From contig NC_058368.1 in NCBI RefSeq assembly GCF_018350175.1, positions 46,750,001 to 46,814,000 on the forward strand: a stretch of 64,000 bases of DNA, written 5' to 3'. The notes beneath the pieces are model-generated. The model was not told the origin of the DNA, made no database searches, and worked only from the letters and a program-made list of their open reading frames with translations. The position numbers and the translations under genes were made by a program. Every line of letters begins with the position of its first letter. Position 1 is the stretch's first letter. Below are positions 24,450-37,190 of this stretch, piece by piece. The DNA is from Felis catus (taxonomy: Eukaryota).

Positions 24450-25689
24450 TGCTCCATGTATTTTTAAACCTATATATTATTTTAGAGTATTAACTTTTTC
24501 GATAATAGAGCATGATGTCTAAATACGGCTGAATCCATAAGAAGTACTATGTTTGATAGTACCTTTTCGTATAAGAATGTTATGGAGTAAATTTCACTTT
24601 CTTATCAGCTTGAATGAAAATTTCTAATAAGGAAAGAATCACCATTTTTGACAAAATTGTCCAAGTCTTCTGAGTGGGAGGCAGAATCTCATGGACCTGT
24701 GGACTTTTATCCTCTTGGGTCATACATACTTTAGCATGAGAGAATCTAATAACACTGCTGTGCACAAGACACAAGGACCCATGCATTCTCTCTTGTGACA
24801 TGGGAGGAAAAACATTTTCTAACAGTATAACAGGGTCCTGGATAAAAGAAAGTTGAGCCTTAAAAACTAAGTGGAATTAGGTAAATTAAAAGAAAAATTA
24901 AGAAATTCCGAATGAAGCCAGAGTGTATATGGTATCTTTCAGGACAGTAAATTGATCAATTGTCCTAGAGTAGCTAATGCACACAGGAAGTAGAAGGAAA
25001 CATGCTTGGGAGGAAACAATTAGCACGTACGTTAAAATCCAGGCACAAAACCCTTCATATTTTATTAAATGTGATGGGTAAGAGGGAATCAATAACATTT
25101 TTTTAAAGTGGAATGGTGTGAAGAAAGGGGTACTGATGGGAGATTAATCTGACAACAGTCTGAAGGATGCTCTGGGGAGGGGTGTGGAGGCTAGATTGTC
25201 AAGGTGATCATTTCAAAGGCCACTGAAGGAATACAGATTTTAAGTAATTAGAATTTAGGCTTTTGATAATGGTGAGAATATAAATAAGAGGGATGAATAT
25301 ACGCTCCGAGCCTTGGGATTAAATGGAACTAGACTCCTCTTCTTATCATGAAAAAAATCAAAAAAACAAAAACAAAAACAAATAAAACACTAGATATGTA
25401 AAAGAAACATGTTTTTACATTAGATAACAGACAGTACAAGACTAAGCTATCTGAGAAACAGAAAGTAAAGGAAGTATTTCTGTACTTGACTTGGCCTTCC
25501 AACAGGCCAATTTCTTGACTATGCTCCAGGATAACGGTTTCTAAACTAAGTTGAGGAAAGGAGGTTAAATTTGAGGAAGCCCAGGCTACTGGAATTTGCA
25601 ATGCAAAGGAACAGAGAAGAGAAAGAAACAGACACAGGAAGAGACACAGAGAAAGAGAAGTTAGTTCAGTAATTTCTAGAGCTAGTTGT

Positions 25690-25850
25690 CATGTCCTTTC
25701 AGCGTCCTCTGGTCTGTGACAGTTTTTCCATCTTCTCTTGTTTCTCATGACCCCAACAGCCCTTAAAAGTACTGACCAGGTATCCTTTAGAATGTACTTC
25801 TATCTAGGTTTGTCTGATGACTTTTTCAAGATTAGACAAGTTATTCACCA
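25690..25850 (-). mobile_element. Old L1 3' UTR fragment (L1MC/L1MD-like)
   Basis: gtcatgtcctttcagcgtcctctggtctgtgacagttttt...agtactgaccaggtatcctttagaatgt...tttgtctgatg. Confidence 0.65.
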
Positions 25851-25905
25851 TCATTTTGGAAGGAATTTTTTTCTGGATATAGCAGTCCCTGTCATTAAAG
25901 AAAAA

Positions 25906-26116
25906 TTTTTTTTAACATTTGTTCATTTTTGAGAGGGAGAGAGACCAAGCACGAGCAGAGGAGGAGCAGAGAGAGAGGGAGACACAGAATCGGAAACAAG
26001 CTCCAGGCTCTGAGCTGTCAGCCCAGAACCCGACACAGGGCTTGAACCCATGAACCATGAGATCATTACCTGAGCTGAAGTGGGATGCTTAATGGACTGA
26101 GCCACCCAGGCACCCC
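25906..26116 (-). mobile_element. Can-SINE
   Basis: gacacagaatcggaaacaagctccaggctctgagctgtcag ... gccacccaggcacccc; flanking repeat tatagcagtc. Confidence 0.95.
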
Positions 26117-26149
26117 TATAGCAGTCTGTTTTAAAGAGATTTCCACTCC

Positions 26150-27370
26150 CTGTCCCCTTTTCAGCACTTTAAAAGGGTTGTTTCATGTTTTCTAGGTCAC
26201 GTAAGTTTCAAATGAGAATTCCGGGGAGGTTCTTGTGTATGTTATTCTATATATAATGTGTGTTTTTTCCTCTCTATGATTTCTACCTCCCTACCACTTC
26301 TGGTTGTTTTAAGGTATTTTATTTACCTGGTTTCAGGAATTTGATTGTGATGTGAACTGGTATGGTTTTCTTTGCATTTATCCTGCTTGGGAATAAACAC
26401 TTAGAAAAAAAAAAACCTAGACATTAGTTTTGAAAATATATCTACTCCCTCCTTCTGGGCTCCTTTTATGTACATGTTACTACTGATGATATTATACTAC
26501 AGGTTGCTGATAAGCTAGTAATTCTTTTTTCAATCTTTTTTTTAGCCTCCATGTACTTCATTTTGGATAATTTATATTATGATTTCAGTTCACTGATTTT
26601 TCTTCTAATCTGCTACCAATCCCATGCATTTATTTTATTTCATTTTAGATACTATTTTTTACCTCTAGAAATTCTATTTAGTTCTGTTTTACATCTTCTG
26701 TTCCTCTCATTATTATCATGTTTTTCTTTAAACCTTTAGCATATTTCTGATGGCTCTTTTAGTGTCCTTGCATGATTATTCTATTACTCTGTCATTTGTA
26801 TTTTTATTTAATGAGTTTTCTCCCGATTATGGTCTTGTTTTTCTGCCCCCCTCCCCAAACTATTTTTGATTGGATCCTAGACATTGTGAATTTTATGTTG
26901 TTGAGTACTAGATTTTGTTGTGTTCCTTCAAAAAGTGTTAGACTTCATTCTACCAGTTATGTTAAGGTGAGCCTGAACCTTTTGAACATGATTTTTTTTA
27001 TGTTTATTTATTTTGATACAGAGAGAGTGTGTGCATGAGTGCAGGTAAGGGGCAGGGAGAGAGGGAAAGATAGAATCCCAATCAGACTCTGTGCCTTCAG
27101 CGTGGAGCCAGATGCAGGCTTGAACCCTTGAGAACCGTGAGATCATGACCTGAGCCGAAGTAGGACACTTAACTGACTGAGCCACTCAGGCACCCCTTCA
27201 AGATGATTTTTAAGCTTTATTAGGGTAGGAAAACTTGATTCTGGGCTATTTTAGTTCTGCTGAGATATAATCCTTCTGGGTTTCTACTGTGCCTTGGTGT
27301 TTCATAAGGACTCTGTACTGTGCTGGTTGGAATTCAAACAACTGCCAGCATTGTGAGAGCTCTAGAAATT
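26150..27370 (-). mobile_element. Ancient L1 5'/ORF1-region relic (L1ME/HAL1-like), interrupted by a SINE
   Basis: T-rich antisense ORF1-like motifs: aatttgattgtgatgtgaactggtatggttttctttgcatttatcctgcttgg; ttttgattggatcctagacattgtgaattttatgttgttgagt. Confidence 0.6.
26992..27196 (-). mobile_element. Can-SINE
   Basis: gaaccgtgagatcatgacctgagccgaag ... gccactcaggcacccc; TSD-like atgattttt. Confidence 0.95.
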
Positions 27371-28723
27371 ACTGAGCTAGGATCTCTTGCCAAAACTCCA
27401 AGCTGCACACTTAAAATGGGTAATTTGTATTATAAATATTTGTTCCTTAGTAAGATTGACGACATAATAGAACAATAAACAATTCACCTCCTCTAAAATA
27501 ATCCTTGATTGAAGACATATTTTGAAGAAAAATATTGGGGAAACATAGAAAAGAAAGAGAGAAAAGTGATTATGGAAATTTGGGGAAGGAATTTGATTCA
27601 TTAGAAATAATGTGACAAATTCATATCAATGAGCTGAGTTTTTCTGAAAAAAGTACAAAAGATGCATGTTATTACATAACCCATAAGACAAATGTCAAAG
27701 CTCCCTCTGGGTTTTAGGAAATTTTAGCATGAACTCCTTTACCTATAACAATGATGAAGGAGAATAGGAATGCACAATGGTATCCTGAAACTGCAAAATG
27801 TGAGCTGAGTCCTGAATTAACAAAGAAAAGTACAAAACGTAATGTTATTTTTGCTGATTTTTTTCATTTTCTAAGATTTGAAAATTTAGGTACAATTAAT
27901 ACTGAAACATCCTCAAACAAGAATAAACAGAGGAAAATTCCCTTCCTATAGTGAAATATACATATGCCAACAGTAAAATCGTCGTGTGTATAACGAAATG
28001 ATGGTAAGTATCATTTTTATGCATATATAAACAAACATTTTTAAACTTCTAAACTTCAAAGTTCTAATCTTCACAATGAAGCAGACAAGCCAGTATTATC
28101 ATCCTACAAGATGAGAAAATAAGCTGAGATGAGTACAAACTGAAGCTGAAGGTCAGTTGCCAGTGGCCTCTTAACCAGCAAGTACTTAGCTTGACTGTCT
28201 TTTCTCAACTAGCCTACCAGCTTAAAGTTGACCCTTTCCAGGAACGTACAGTTAATCACTCTCATCTGCCTCCCTAAAATATTTTGGGCACAGTTTTATT
28301 AGTAAACTTTTACTATTCATATGCCTAAGTCTTTTTTAATAGACTCAACTCCTCAGAGGTAGGTATTAGGTCTCAGTCATTCATTATAGTCACAGCAGGC
28401 AATAGTGTCTGCTACATCTTTAGTGGACAATAAATGAAGTTGTAAGTAATGAATTACCAAAAAATGTATAAAAGTGAACATTGTGGAATGTAAGAGGCAG
28501 ATTTATTTGTAATCTACAAAATGATGCTAAAGAAGAGAATATTAAAAACTATTAGTAAAAACTAGGCATCGTACCAACCATCATAGTGCTTGAAACATAG
28601 TTGCAGTCAATAAATATTTGCTGAATTAGTGTATGACAGCACAATATTCTTTAATATTAAAGCAAATATTTCTCCATAACTCAGTAGCTTCCAAATAAGG
28701 CCTCAAAAAAAAAAAAACCTTAA

Positions 28724-28915
28724 GGGCACTTGGATGGCTCAATCAGCTAAGCATCCAACTCTTGATTTCAGTTCAGGTCATAATCTCATGATCTCATGGT
28801 TCATGGGATCGAGCTCCACGTTAGGCTCTGCACTAACAGTATGGAACCTGCTTGGGATTCTCTTTCCCTCTCTCTGCCCTCCATCTCTCAAAATAAATAA
28901 ATCAACTTAATAAAC
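28724..28915 (+). mobile_element. Can-SINE, older subfamily
   Basis: gggcacttggatggctcaatcagctaagcatccaactcttgatttcag; gggatcgagc B-box; aaaataaataaa tail. Confidence 0.9.
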
Positions 28916-29182
28916 AAAGATCTCAATAATTTAAAAATCACGACATTTGGAGAGATTGACTAAGATATCAAGTTAACATCTTCATATCTGAATAAACCTG
29001 AAGCATCTACTGCATTTTGACAAGATATTTAAAACAAGAAGGCCATTCAGAGGCAAGGTCTCTCATTTTATGCCTAAGTACGATGGTGTCCTTAAGGATT
29101 AAATTATTCATACAAAAATGATCAGTGTGAGTTCTGCTTCCAACCATAACTATGTAACTGGTCCTGGACTAGCCCTCTATTT

Positions 29183-29402
29183 TTTTTTTATTTTTAAATG
29201 TTTATTTATTTTTAGGAGAGAGAGGGAGAGACAGACTGTGAGCAGGGGAGGGTCAGAGAGAGAGGGAGACACAGAATCCAAAGCAGGCTCTAGGCTCTGA
29301 GCTGTCAGCACAGAGCCGGACATGGGGCTTGAACTCACGAACCTTGAGATTATGACCTGAGCTGAACTCGCCACTTAACCAACTGAGCTACCCCGGTGCC
29401 CC
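29183..29402 (-). mobile_element. Can-SINE
   Basis: Full element; exact 18-bp TSD tggactagccctctattt (29165-29182 / 29403-29420). Confidence 0.96.
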
Positions 29403-29459
29403 TGGACTAGCCCTCTATTTGTAAACAAATAGAGAAATGGAAAAATATATGAAATAAGA

Positions 29460-30510
29460 GTTTTCAGGTTTGGATCACAACATCAGAGAATGTTGATTCC
29501 TGACAGAAGAAAAACAAGAAAATTCCCATAATCATCCAGTTCTTAGCTGAAGGACAACTATCCAATTACAGGAAGAGAACTGCAGGAAGGGTAGAGATAG
29601 TAGTCCTACTGAGCTGGGGGCGGGGGACATTAGAGTAAGGGGTGGATGAAACAGCTAGAATCTTCAAGGAAGAGTACTTGTGAAGCTACACCTACAGAGA
29701 GCCACAGAAGTCCAGATAGGAGTCTCCTGTGCATTGATGTGTGAGGACTGGATTGTATATGAGCAAGGGGAAATTTCCTGAAGGTTACTGGATAGTAGCT
29801 CCTCCGAAGTTGAGACGGGGGTGAAGATAGCAGAGGCTGAGCAGGGCTTGGGCACCAATGGAACTAAAGCTCTAGTCTTGCCACAGTGGAGATACGATGT
29901 TAACACCTGGGTAGCAAATCTGGCATCCAACTGAGATACCAGAAAGACTGTTTTAGAAGTAAGGACCATATGCTAGAGGAAGGACTACACAAAACCCACA
30001 TTAGCAAAGCTTTATTTTTTATTTTTAAATGTTTATCTATAAGTATTTAAGAGAGAGAGCGTGCCAGTGTGGGGGAGAGGCACAGAGAGAGGGGGACAGA
30101 GGATCTGAAGCAGGCTCTGTGCTGACAGCAGCGGGACTCGATCTCACGACTGTGAGATCATGACCTGAGCCAAAGATGGACACTTCACTGGCTGAGCCAC
30201 CCAGACACCAGCCCCCCGCAACACACACACATTAGCAAAGCCTAAATCCACACTGTAACAAATTCCACAGGCAGGAAGTTTAGAAATTGAGTCCTACCAA
30301 ATAGGAGAGGTTTGAGAAAAAAAATGTTAACTTTCCCCATATTCACACTAACAAAGTTTAAAACCAAGTTAACAGAAATTCAGGGTGATCAGTCAATAAT
30401 TTATCTGTTTGATGAGACAAGAGTGAAAACACTCCGGTGGAAGATAGCACAATGTAGGATATCAAAAACGTATTATGTATAGCTTTCAACATTAAGTAAA
30501 AATCATTAGA
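29460..30510 (+). mobile_element. Old L1 5' end relic (L1MD/L1MC-like), interrupted by a SINE
   Basis: gattcctgacagaagaaaaacaag, agtcctactgagctggg, acagctagaat, gaccatatgctag; a similar relic lies at about 25400-25620. Confidence 0.5.
30011..30209 (-). mobile_element. Can-SINE
   Basis: Exact 14-bp TSD cacattagcaaagc (29997-30010 / 30228-30241). Confidence 0.94.
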
Positions 30511-30829
30511 CACCAAGACTAAGACCACAAGCAGGCTTGAGAATTTCAGCCCTGACTCATCCAGTCTCTTTGGATGTGATCAGGAATGTCCTGAAGTTGT
30601 TACTGTTAGTTACGCCTAGAGAGCATGTACGTTCATAACCAACATTTCTCCAGCAACTGGGAGGAACCGGGGAGAACACAAATTCCCTAAAAATGGCAAA
30701 AGAAGAGTCTTTAAGGAACTTACGGGTTTCACTCTGAGTACTTGAACACTAGGGAAATGTGCTCCCTTAACTAGGAATTCTTGTTCTGAGCAGCCCCCTT
30801 CAAGCAGTTAGGTTTTTGTACCTTTTCCC

Positions 30830-31285
30830 AATAATAAATGAGCCGACCTAATCTAATCACACGAGGCAGAGAGCTTTCTCTAGCTGGTGCAGACGGATTC
30901 GAAGCACAATGAACACACTGGCTTGAAGATGGATGTGGCCACAGTAACGACTGGGAAGTGACTCTAGGAGATGAGAGTGACTCCTGGGCCATGACCAGCA
31001 AGAAAATGAGGACCTTGGTCTTGTTGCCTCAGGCAACAAGGCACGGAAACCTGCCAATAACCTGAGTGAGCTGGGGAGTGGATTCTTCTTCAGATCCTCC
31101 AGATAAGAACCTAGTCTAGCTGAAACCTTGATTTTGACCTGGAAAGATCCTAAAAAGAGAACCCAGGTGAGGCAACACAGTTGAGTAGGGCAAAAGAGAT
31201 CTACAGAACTGTAAGAAGAAATGCGTGTTGGTTAAAGTGTTCAAGTCTGTGATAATTTGTTACACAGGAATAGAAAACTAATACA
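30830..31285 (+). mobile_element. MLT1 (D/E-like) MaLR solo LTR
   Basis: ccagcaagaaaatgaggacc, ctgccaataacctgagtgagc, cctccagataagaac, and canonical 3' end taatttgttacacaggaatagaaaactaataca; 5' boundary uncertain. Confidence 0.85.
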
Positions 31286-31344
31286 CAGTGTTCAGCAGAT
31301 TTAAGTATAGAAGGGTGATGATTATATTGAGCTTTTAAAAATAC

Positions 31345-31585
31345 TTTTGTTATTGACATATAATTGACCTACACCATTGTATAAGTTTAAGGTGTATAAT
31401 GTAATGGTTTAATACATATATATATTGTGAAGTGAATGCCACAGTAAGGTTAGTTAACACATCCTTCACCTGAATACCATTTTGTTGTGGGAGTAAGAAC
31501 ATTAAGGTCTCTCAGAAAATTCAAAGTATACGATATAGTATAGGTAACTGTAGTCACAATGCTATACCTTAGATCCCTAGAATTT
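31345..31585 (-). mobile_element. L1 3' end fragment (L1MA9/L1_Carn-type)
   Basis: ttattgacatataattgac...gtttaaggtgtataatg...gttagttaacacatcc...tagtcacaatgctataccttagatccctagaa. Confidence 0.8.
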
Positions 31586-31597
31586 CAATTTTTGATT

Positions 31598-32036
31598 ATT
31601 TTTTATTATTATTATTTTGAGAGAGAGAGAGAGGCAGAGAGAGAGGGAGAGAGAGAATTCCAAGGAGGATCTTCACTGTCAGCACAGAGCTAGACATGGG
31701 GCTCAAACTAACAAACTGTGAGATCATGACCTGAACTGAAATTAAGAGTCAAGATACTTTTTTTTTTTAAATTTTTTTAAACGTTTTTTTTTTTTTTATT
31801 TATTTTTTGGGACAGAGAGAGACAGAGCATGAACGGGGGAGGGGCAGAGAGAGAGAGGGAGACACAGAATCGGAAATAGGCTCCAGGCTCTGAGCCATCA
31901 GCCCAGAGCCTGACGCGGGGCTCGAACTCACGGACCGCGAGATCGTGACCTGGCTGAAGTCGGACGCTTAACCGACTGCGCCACCCAGGCGCCCCAAGAG
32001 TCAGATACTTAACCAACAGAGCAACCAAGAGCCTCT
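31598..32036 (-). mobile_element. Older Can-SINE split by a nested young SINE
   Basis: 3' part 31598-31759; 5' part 31996-32036 (cttaaccaacagagcaaccaagagcctct). Confidence 0.88.
31760..31995 (-). mobile_element. Young SINEC_Fc-type Can-SINE
   Basis: CpG-intact gcctgacgcggggctcgaactcacggaccgcgagatcgtgacctggctgaagtcggacgcttaaccgactgcgccacccaggcgcccc; TSD aagagtca(a)gatactt. Confidence 0.97.
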
Positions 32037-32142
32037 TAAGTTTTGATTCTATATAAACCCCTTGGAACTTATGCAAGTGTGAAGGGAAGTGAAAATGGAG
32101 AAACTCTCAAAGTTACCGGTGAAGCAAAATATCAAGCAAACA

Positions 32143-32350
32143 GGGGGGCCTGGCTGGCTCAGGCTGTTGAACCTCTGACTTGGGCTCAGGCCATGATCTT
32201 GGAGCTTGTGAGTTCGAGCCCTGCATCAGGCTCTCTGCTGTCAGCACAGAGCCTACTTCAGAACCTCTGTCTCCATCTCTCTCTGTCCCTCCCCCCTTCT
32301 CTCTCTGTCTCTCTCAAAAAATAAATAAACATTAAAAAAAATTTTTTTTA
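32143..32350 (+). mobile_element. Can-SINE
   Basis: ggggggcctggctggctcagg head, gagttcgagccc, tail; TSD-like atcaa(g)caaac. Confidence 0.93.
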
Positions 32351-33169
32351 AATCAAACAAACCTTAGATGAACTCAGTTGACACTGAGTTGATTAAATTA
32401 ACTTTTCCACCTCTGAGCAGAATTGAAACAGACATTGAATTGAATTAAGAAAAATGAAGAAAAAGATCCCTCACCCGGTTAATTCTACAGGCACTCTTCA
32501 CATTACACTGGTAGAATAACAGCTATTATTAACATTAATAGTTCAACTAAATATAAAATCAATAGTTTTATATCAAAAGCAAATTTAAAAGTTCTTTTTC
32601 ACTGATTGTATGTAAAATGCCTCACATCTTTATTTTTGGCTATTTCACTTCGGGAAATGAGGAAAGAAAAACAGGAATCAATCTGTTTTTAAGGGCTTGT
32701 CATGGTTATCTTCCCCATGGCAGAAGAAAAGAATCATAATGGGTGTATTTAGACTTAAGCATCAACTTTCAGATATGGTTTAAAATACGTAATAATTCAT
32801 ACTGTTCAGTACAACTTATCCATGTACACATTTTTGTTCCCAAGTAAACCATGTCAATGAGTTCAGAGAGGATTGCTATTTTAATAAGCACTTGCTGACA
32901 GGGAGGTATCTTGAGGGTGAAGAGAGAGTGGTGTTTTTCCTTAGCTCCTGAAAGCACATTGATCTAGTTGTTGGATTGGAAAGGGAACAGAGGAGATGAA
33001 AGTTTCAGGGCCCTTGTGTAGTATCTGAATCAATGGTGGGCAGGCCAGGCTAGCAACAACTGTTCTTAGTGGCTCCCAGGGGAATCAGCTGAGGGCAAAA
33101 GAGTAAAGTATGTAGTAGCACATCACTGAAGCCGTAAGATAGGCAGACTTCACCCCTAAGGGGTGTGAG

Positions 33170-33270
33170 ACCTTTTATAAGTCACTTATCTCTTTGTTAA
33201 GCATCAGTTTCTTTACTGGTTAAAAAAGGGACTGCACTAAATAATCTCTAATGTCCATTTCAGTTCTAGC
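33170..33270 (+). mobile_element. MIR fragment
   Basis: aagtcacttatctctttgttaagcatcagtttctttactggttaaaaaaggg...aatctctaatgtccatttcagttcta. Confidence 0.65.
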
Positions 33271-35552
33271 AATCCACAGGCCATTTTTGAGGGCCAATTT
33301 GGTTCTCCAAAGCACATTTTTGCCAACGTAGTTTACCTCATTTACCATCTTTAAACTTCAAAATGAATATCTTCGGGTTTATTTTAAGTTTCCAATTAAA
33401 CAAACACTAAGACCCTGAGGACACAGTTTGAACAAAACTGAATCCTGCCCCTTGGAGGCAGATCGGCTCCATTTGTCCCTCCCAGTCACCAAAAGTATTA
33501 GAATTTATCCAACAGTATAGCTGTTGGCTGTGTTATCAAAAAGTAGTTTGAATATAGTAAAGTCGATATTTAATAAGATGCTTCAATTCCAAGTTGTGTT
33601 ATTAGCTGAGTATTCATTTAATATTTAAACTCCAAAATTACCTGTATTTATGTGGCACAAGGAAACATTCTAGTCAACGGACAGCATGATTCTCTTTTCC
33701 TTTTATCCTCATAAGTAAATGAGTAAGAGGTACTTTTATCTTGGAAAGGCTGAGAGCATAATGGATAGAGATTATTTGTTTCTTTGCGTCATTAAGTCCA
33801 TTTCTGTACTGCTGTGAATCAGGAAGCCGCTACCCCATCGACATCCAGAGAATAGGTTATCCAGTTGAGGCCATCGGTTGCCACAATGCAAAGTCTATTA
33901 GTGTTGTTGTTGTTGTTGTTTTTCTATTAGCAGCATTGAGCTTAATTCTACAATTATTCCATGTGAGAAACTCTCACTGAAGTCGATGGATATCTCAGAA
34001 GAAATTTGATTACAGGATTTGGTCCATTGAGTAAATGAATGAAATTTGGCTTTTATTAATTTGGAATTTCTCAATTAGCATCTCAACTTCCCAAGCAATT
34101 TATAGATCTGTTTCTAATTGTGCTTATTTGTACCCAAAATGACAAGGAAAAGAGATTTTTTCCCCCCTCCTATGGAATGTATCTTTCTTCCTGAGATGAA
34201 AAAAAAAAAGTTTTCTGAAATGTTAATTGGAACTAAATTCTTAGACAAGAAAAAGGAATAAAATGACATTATTTCTTCCATTTCACATTAGTAAAATATA
34301 AAACACTATACACCTGCAAAAATTGTTCTGTTTCAGATGAAGCTTGTGATTATATTTTTCAGGTTTGGTTTGAAAAGCTAAGACATCTGTTTATCCAGTG
34401 CTTACAGAATAACTCTCATGTCTCCTTATCTCTGAAGATTTCAAAGGCTTTCATTCTGGTTTAAATCCTTTGAAGAAGCAGTAATCAAAGACAAAAATTA
34501 TCAGAGGTACATTTTTGTTTCCCAAACAATGAAAATAACAACACTCACCCTCCTTGGATTTCAGACGCTAGCATAAAACTTCAAAATTGGAGATTTGCCA
34601 TTTGAATCAAAAAGTGATATGGATAAATAGAGGCAAAAAAGCAAACTAAGAGAGCGTTTTCTCTACTTCACATTATTGCATAAATTTAAATTCAATATGT
34701 GAATAATTTAAAAAAGACTATGATGCACAACATCAAACAGCATATACTAGCACAACGTGACAGAATGCATCTGGCTGGTGTGTGAGCTCAGATAAAAAAT
34801 TCGTTTGAGCACTGAGTTTTTTATTTTAATGCATTTTGCAAATTGAAAGATTAAAACAAGAGCGGGTAGAATCCTAAGGATGAGAATAAAATGAATCGTA
34901 CCACATAAATAAAGCAAAACTACATAATACAGCCGTGCTTGGAGGACTGAAGTTAACTGGGGTAGCAGCGGCCTTTACTGCCCTTCATCAGCTCAGAATA
35001 TGTAATTTGACTTTCAGGACACGTAAATCCATGTATTAAAGAGCTACATTATAACTCATTCTATCATCCTCTTTTCAAAGAGAATGATATAAAAATAATA
35101 TCTATTACCTTTTTGACCCTGTTTAGTTAAGAGTAAAGATTTTGAGCTCTGACCTCCTTCTGCATTAGGAAAATTGAAAGTAGGCCTTCAGGATAGATGG
35201 CTGATGTGGCAGCTCCACCTGGGGTGGAAATGGTACCATCTTGTAGCCAGAGGAGGACAGGGGAGTTCACATCTTCTGTTCTGAGCCTAATAAGCACAAT
35301 TAGAGGGCAACTAGGTCTCTTCACAATATTGCTCCCTTCTCCGACAAAGAGGAAATGGGGTTTCATATTATATTTGAGATATAAAAATGACCTTTGGATT
35401 GGAATTAAGCTTTAGCCATTGAAACTGCAAATAGAGATGTTTCTGGAGTCCTGGGAAAGATGCCACATCAAAAGAAGGAGTATTGAAGACTTCCCGTCCA
35501 TAAGGGGAGGTAGATGAAACTAGTCCAGAGCCGGGCCCCATGGAGTTGTAGA

Positions 35553-35690
35553 CCACTGATTCTGAACTTTGGCTCTAAACGTTTAATCATCTGGGCAGCT
35601 TTTATAAATCTCAGGTCCCAGGCTGCATCTCAGACCAATTAAATCAGAATTGCTGGAGGTAGGACGCAGGCATCAATGTATTTTTACAAC
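35553..35690. mobile_element. MER5-like hAT-Charlie fragment within L2 remnants
   Basis: aatcatctgggcagcttt...cccaggctgcatctcagaccaattaaatcagaat...caggcatcaatgtattttt. Confidence 0.75.
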
Positions 35691-35845
35691 TTGATAAAAT
35701 TAAGCAACTAGATAAGGAGGAAAATCAAGAGTCACAGGAAAAAGAGTACTTGGAGAGCCATCAACAGGGTGAAATGCCACTGAAAGGCCAAGTTCGGAGA
35801 GGACTGAAAATGACCTCTGGATTTAGCAACATTGTCATTGGTGGT

Positions 35846-36060
35846 TGTATTAGTCAAGGTTTTCTAGAGACACAGAAACAATAGAACACACACACACACA
35901 CACACACATACATACATACACATACACATATGCATAATATCCTGTCGTATATATTGTATGCATGTATATCATATATATGCACACTATATAATATATAAAA
36001 TAGATGTATATATTATAATATATATAGTATATATAACACACTTTATAATATATACTATAT
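35846..36060 (-). repeat. MLT2 LTR terminus followed by (CA)n/(TA)n tract
   Basis: tgtattagtcaaggtttctagagacacagaaacaatag (reverse complement of an MLT2 3' end), then CA and TA-rich microsatellite. Confidence 0.7.
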
Positions 36061-36081
36061 TCTGCATTAAATGGCATAGGT

Positions 36082-36240
36082 CAATGACTCCTAACTTGTT
36101 TGAATGTTAGAATCATCTGGAGATCTTTTGAAAATTCCAAAGTCCAGGCTACCCCCCTGACCAATTAAGTCTCTGGGGCACGGGTAGTGTGTGATGCTCC
36201 CCAAGGGGTTCCAAAGTACAGACAAGTTTAGGAACTACTG
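36082..36240. mobile_element. MER5-like hAT-Charlie MITE
   Basis: ttagaatcatctggagatctttt...gaccaattaag...gctccccaaggggttcc...aagtttaggaactactg; flanks gcataggt/acttaggt. Confidence 0.75.
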
Positions 36241-37190
36241 ACTTAGGTGGGCTCTTCATGTTACAGCATTTAACAGAGAACTCTCAATAACATATTATAA
36301 AATCGCCCTGAAAACATTTTTGATAGAAGGGTTAAAATTTATAGATGTTCTGAAGAAAGTTGACAGTCAACCAAATCGCCATGTGGACCAAAGAGCATCA
36401 TATAAACAATCAGATATACTGATTTCAAAATGACTTGAAGACTTAATGCATATTAAATATCACTTATATTTTATACTACTATTATTTTGATATTTGGCTT
36501 TTTTTCTGGTAAAATGTACTAGAAAATACATCTTTGAACTAAATTCTGATTTTAAATGTTTTATTTGAGATTTAAAGCAGTTTGCCAAGTAAAGAGTGCC
36601 CATTAAAGTACTATCAATTTTAGTTTATGTATCACTTTTTGAAAGAACTCCTGATATATAGGTCAAAGGAGAGATTCATCTCTTCGATTACAGAGTTTTT
36701 AAACTAAATATAAGTACGATCCACTGTACTAAAGCTGTGCTTTTTTTCCAAAGATAAAACTGCTCACCAAATATATGATTTTTAAAAACGATTTCGTACT
36801 ATCCTGCTCCGCAGCTCCTGTAGCTGTATCCAGCATTATCAAGTGTAAGGTATTGCTTAGCCCTGCTGCTGTCTTCGATCCTGCAGGCTTGAACTTGGTC
36901 AAGCTTAACATGCATTTAAACATTTACAGAAGTCCATTCTTTCAGCACCAAGCTATTGAACAGGCTTCTCCTTTCAGAATGAAAAAGAAGTAAAAATAAA
37001 AGTGAAGGGAAAGAGAAAATTAATCTAAAAAACTCAGAACTATCTTTTTGATTTGGTTCTGTTTTGATTACTTTTTGGTTGGTTACCTTTATTGTAAACC
37101 AAAGATCCATTAACGTGTGGATCTATTTCTAGGCTTCCAATTCTATTCCATTTGGCTTATTTGGCTTATGTTTGCACCAATACCCACCTA

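Noticed and set aside
34363..34506. AG...GT bounded segment (tttttcag|...GAG|gtacat)
   Set aside because: Best frame stops after 33 codons and the donor is weak
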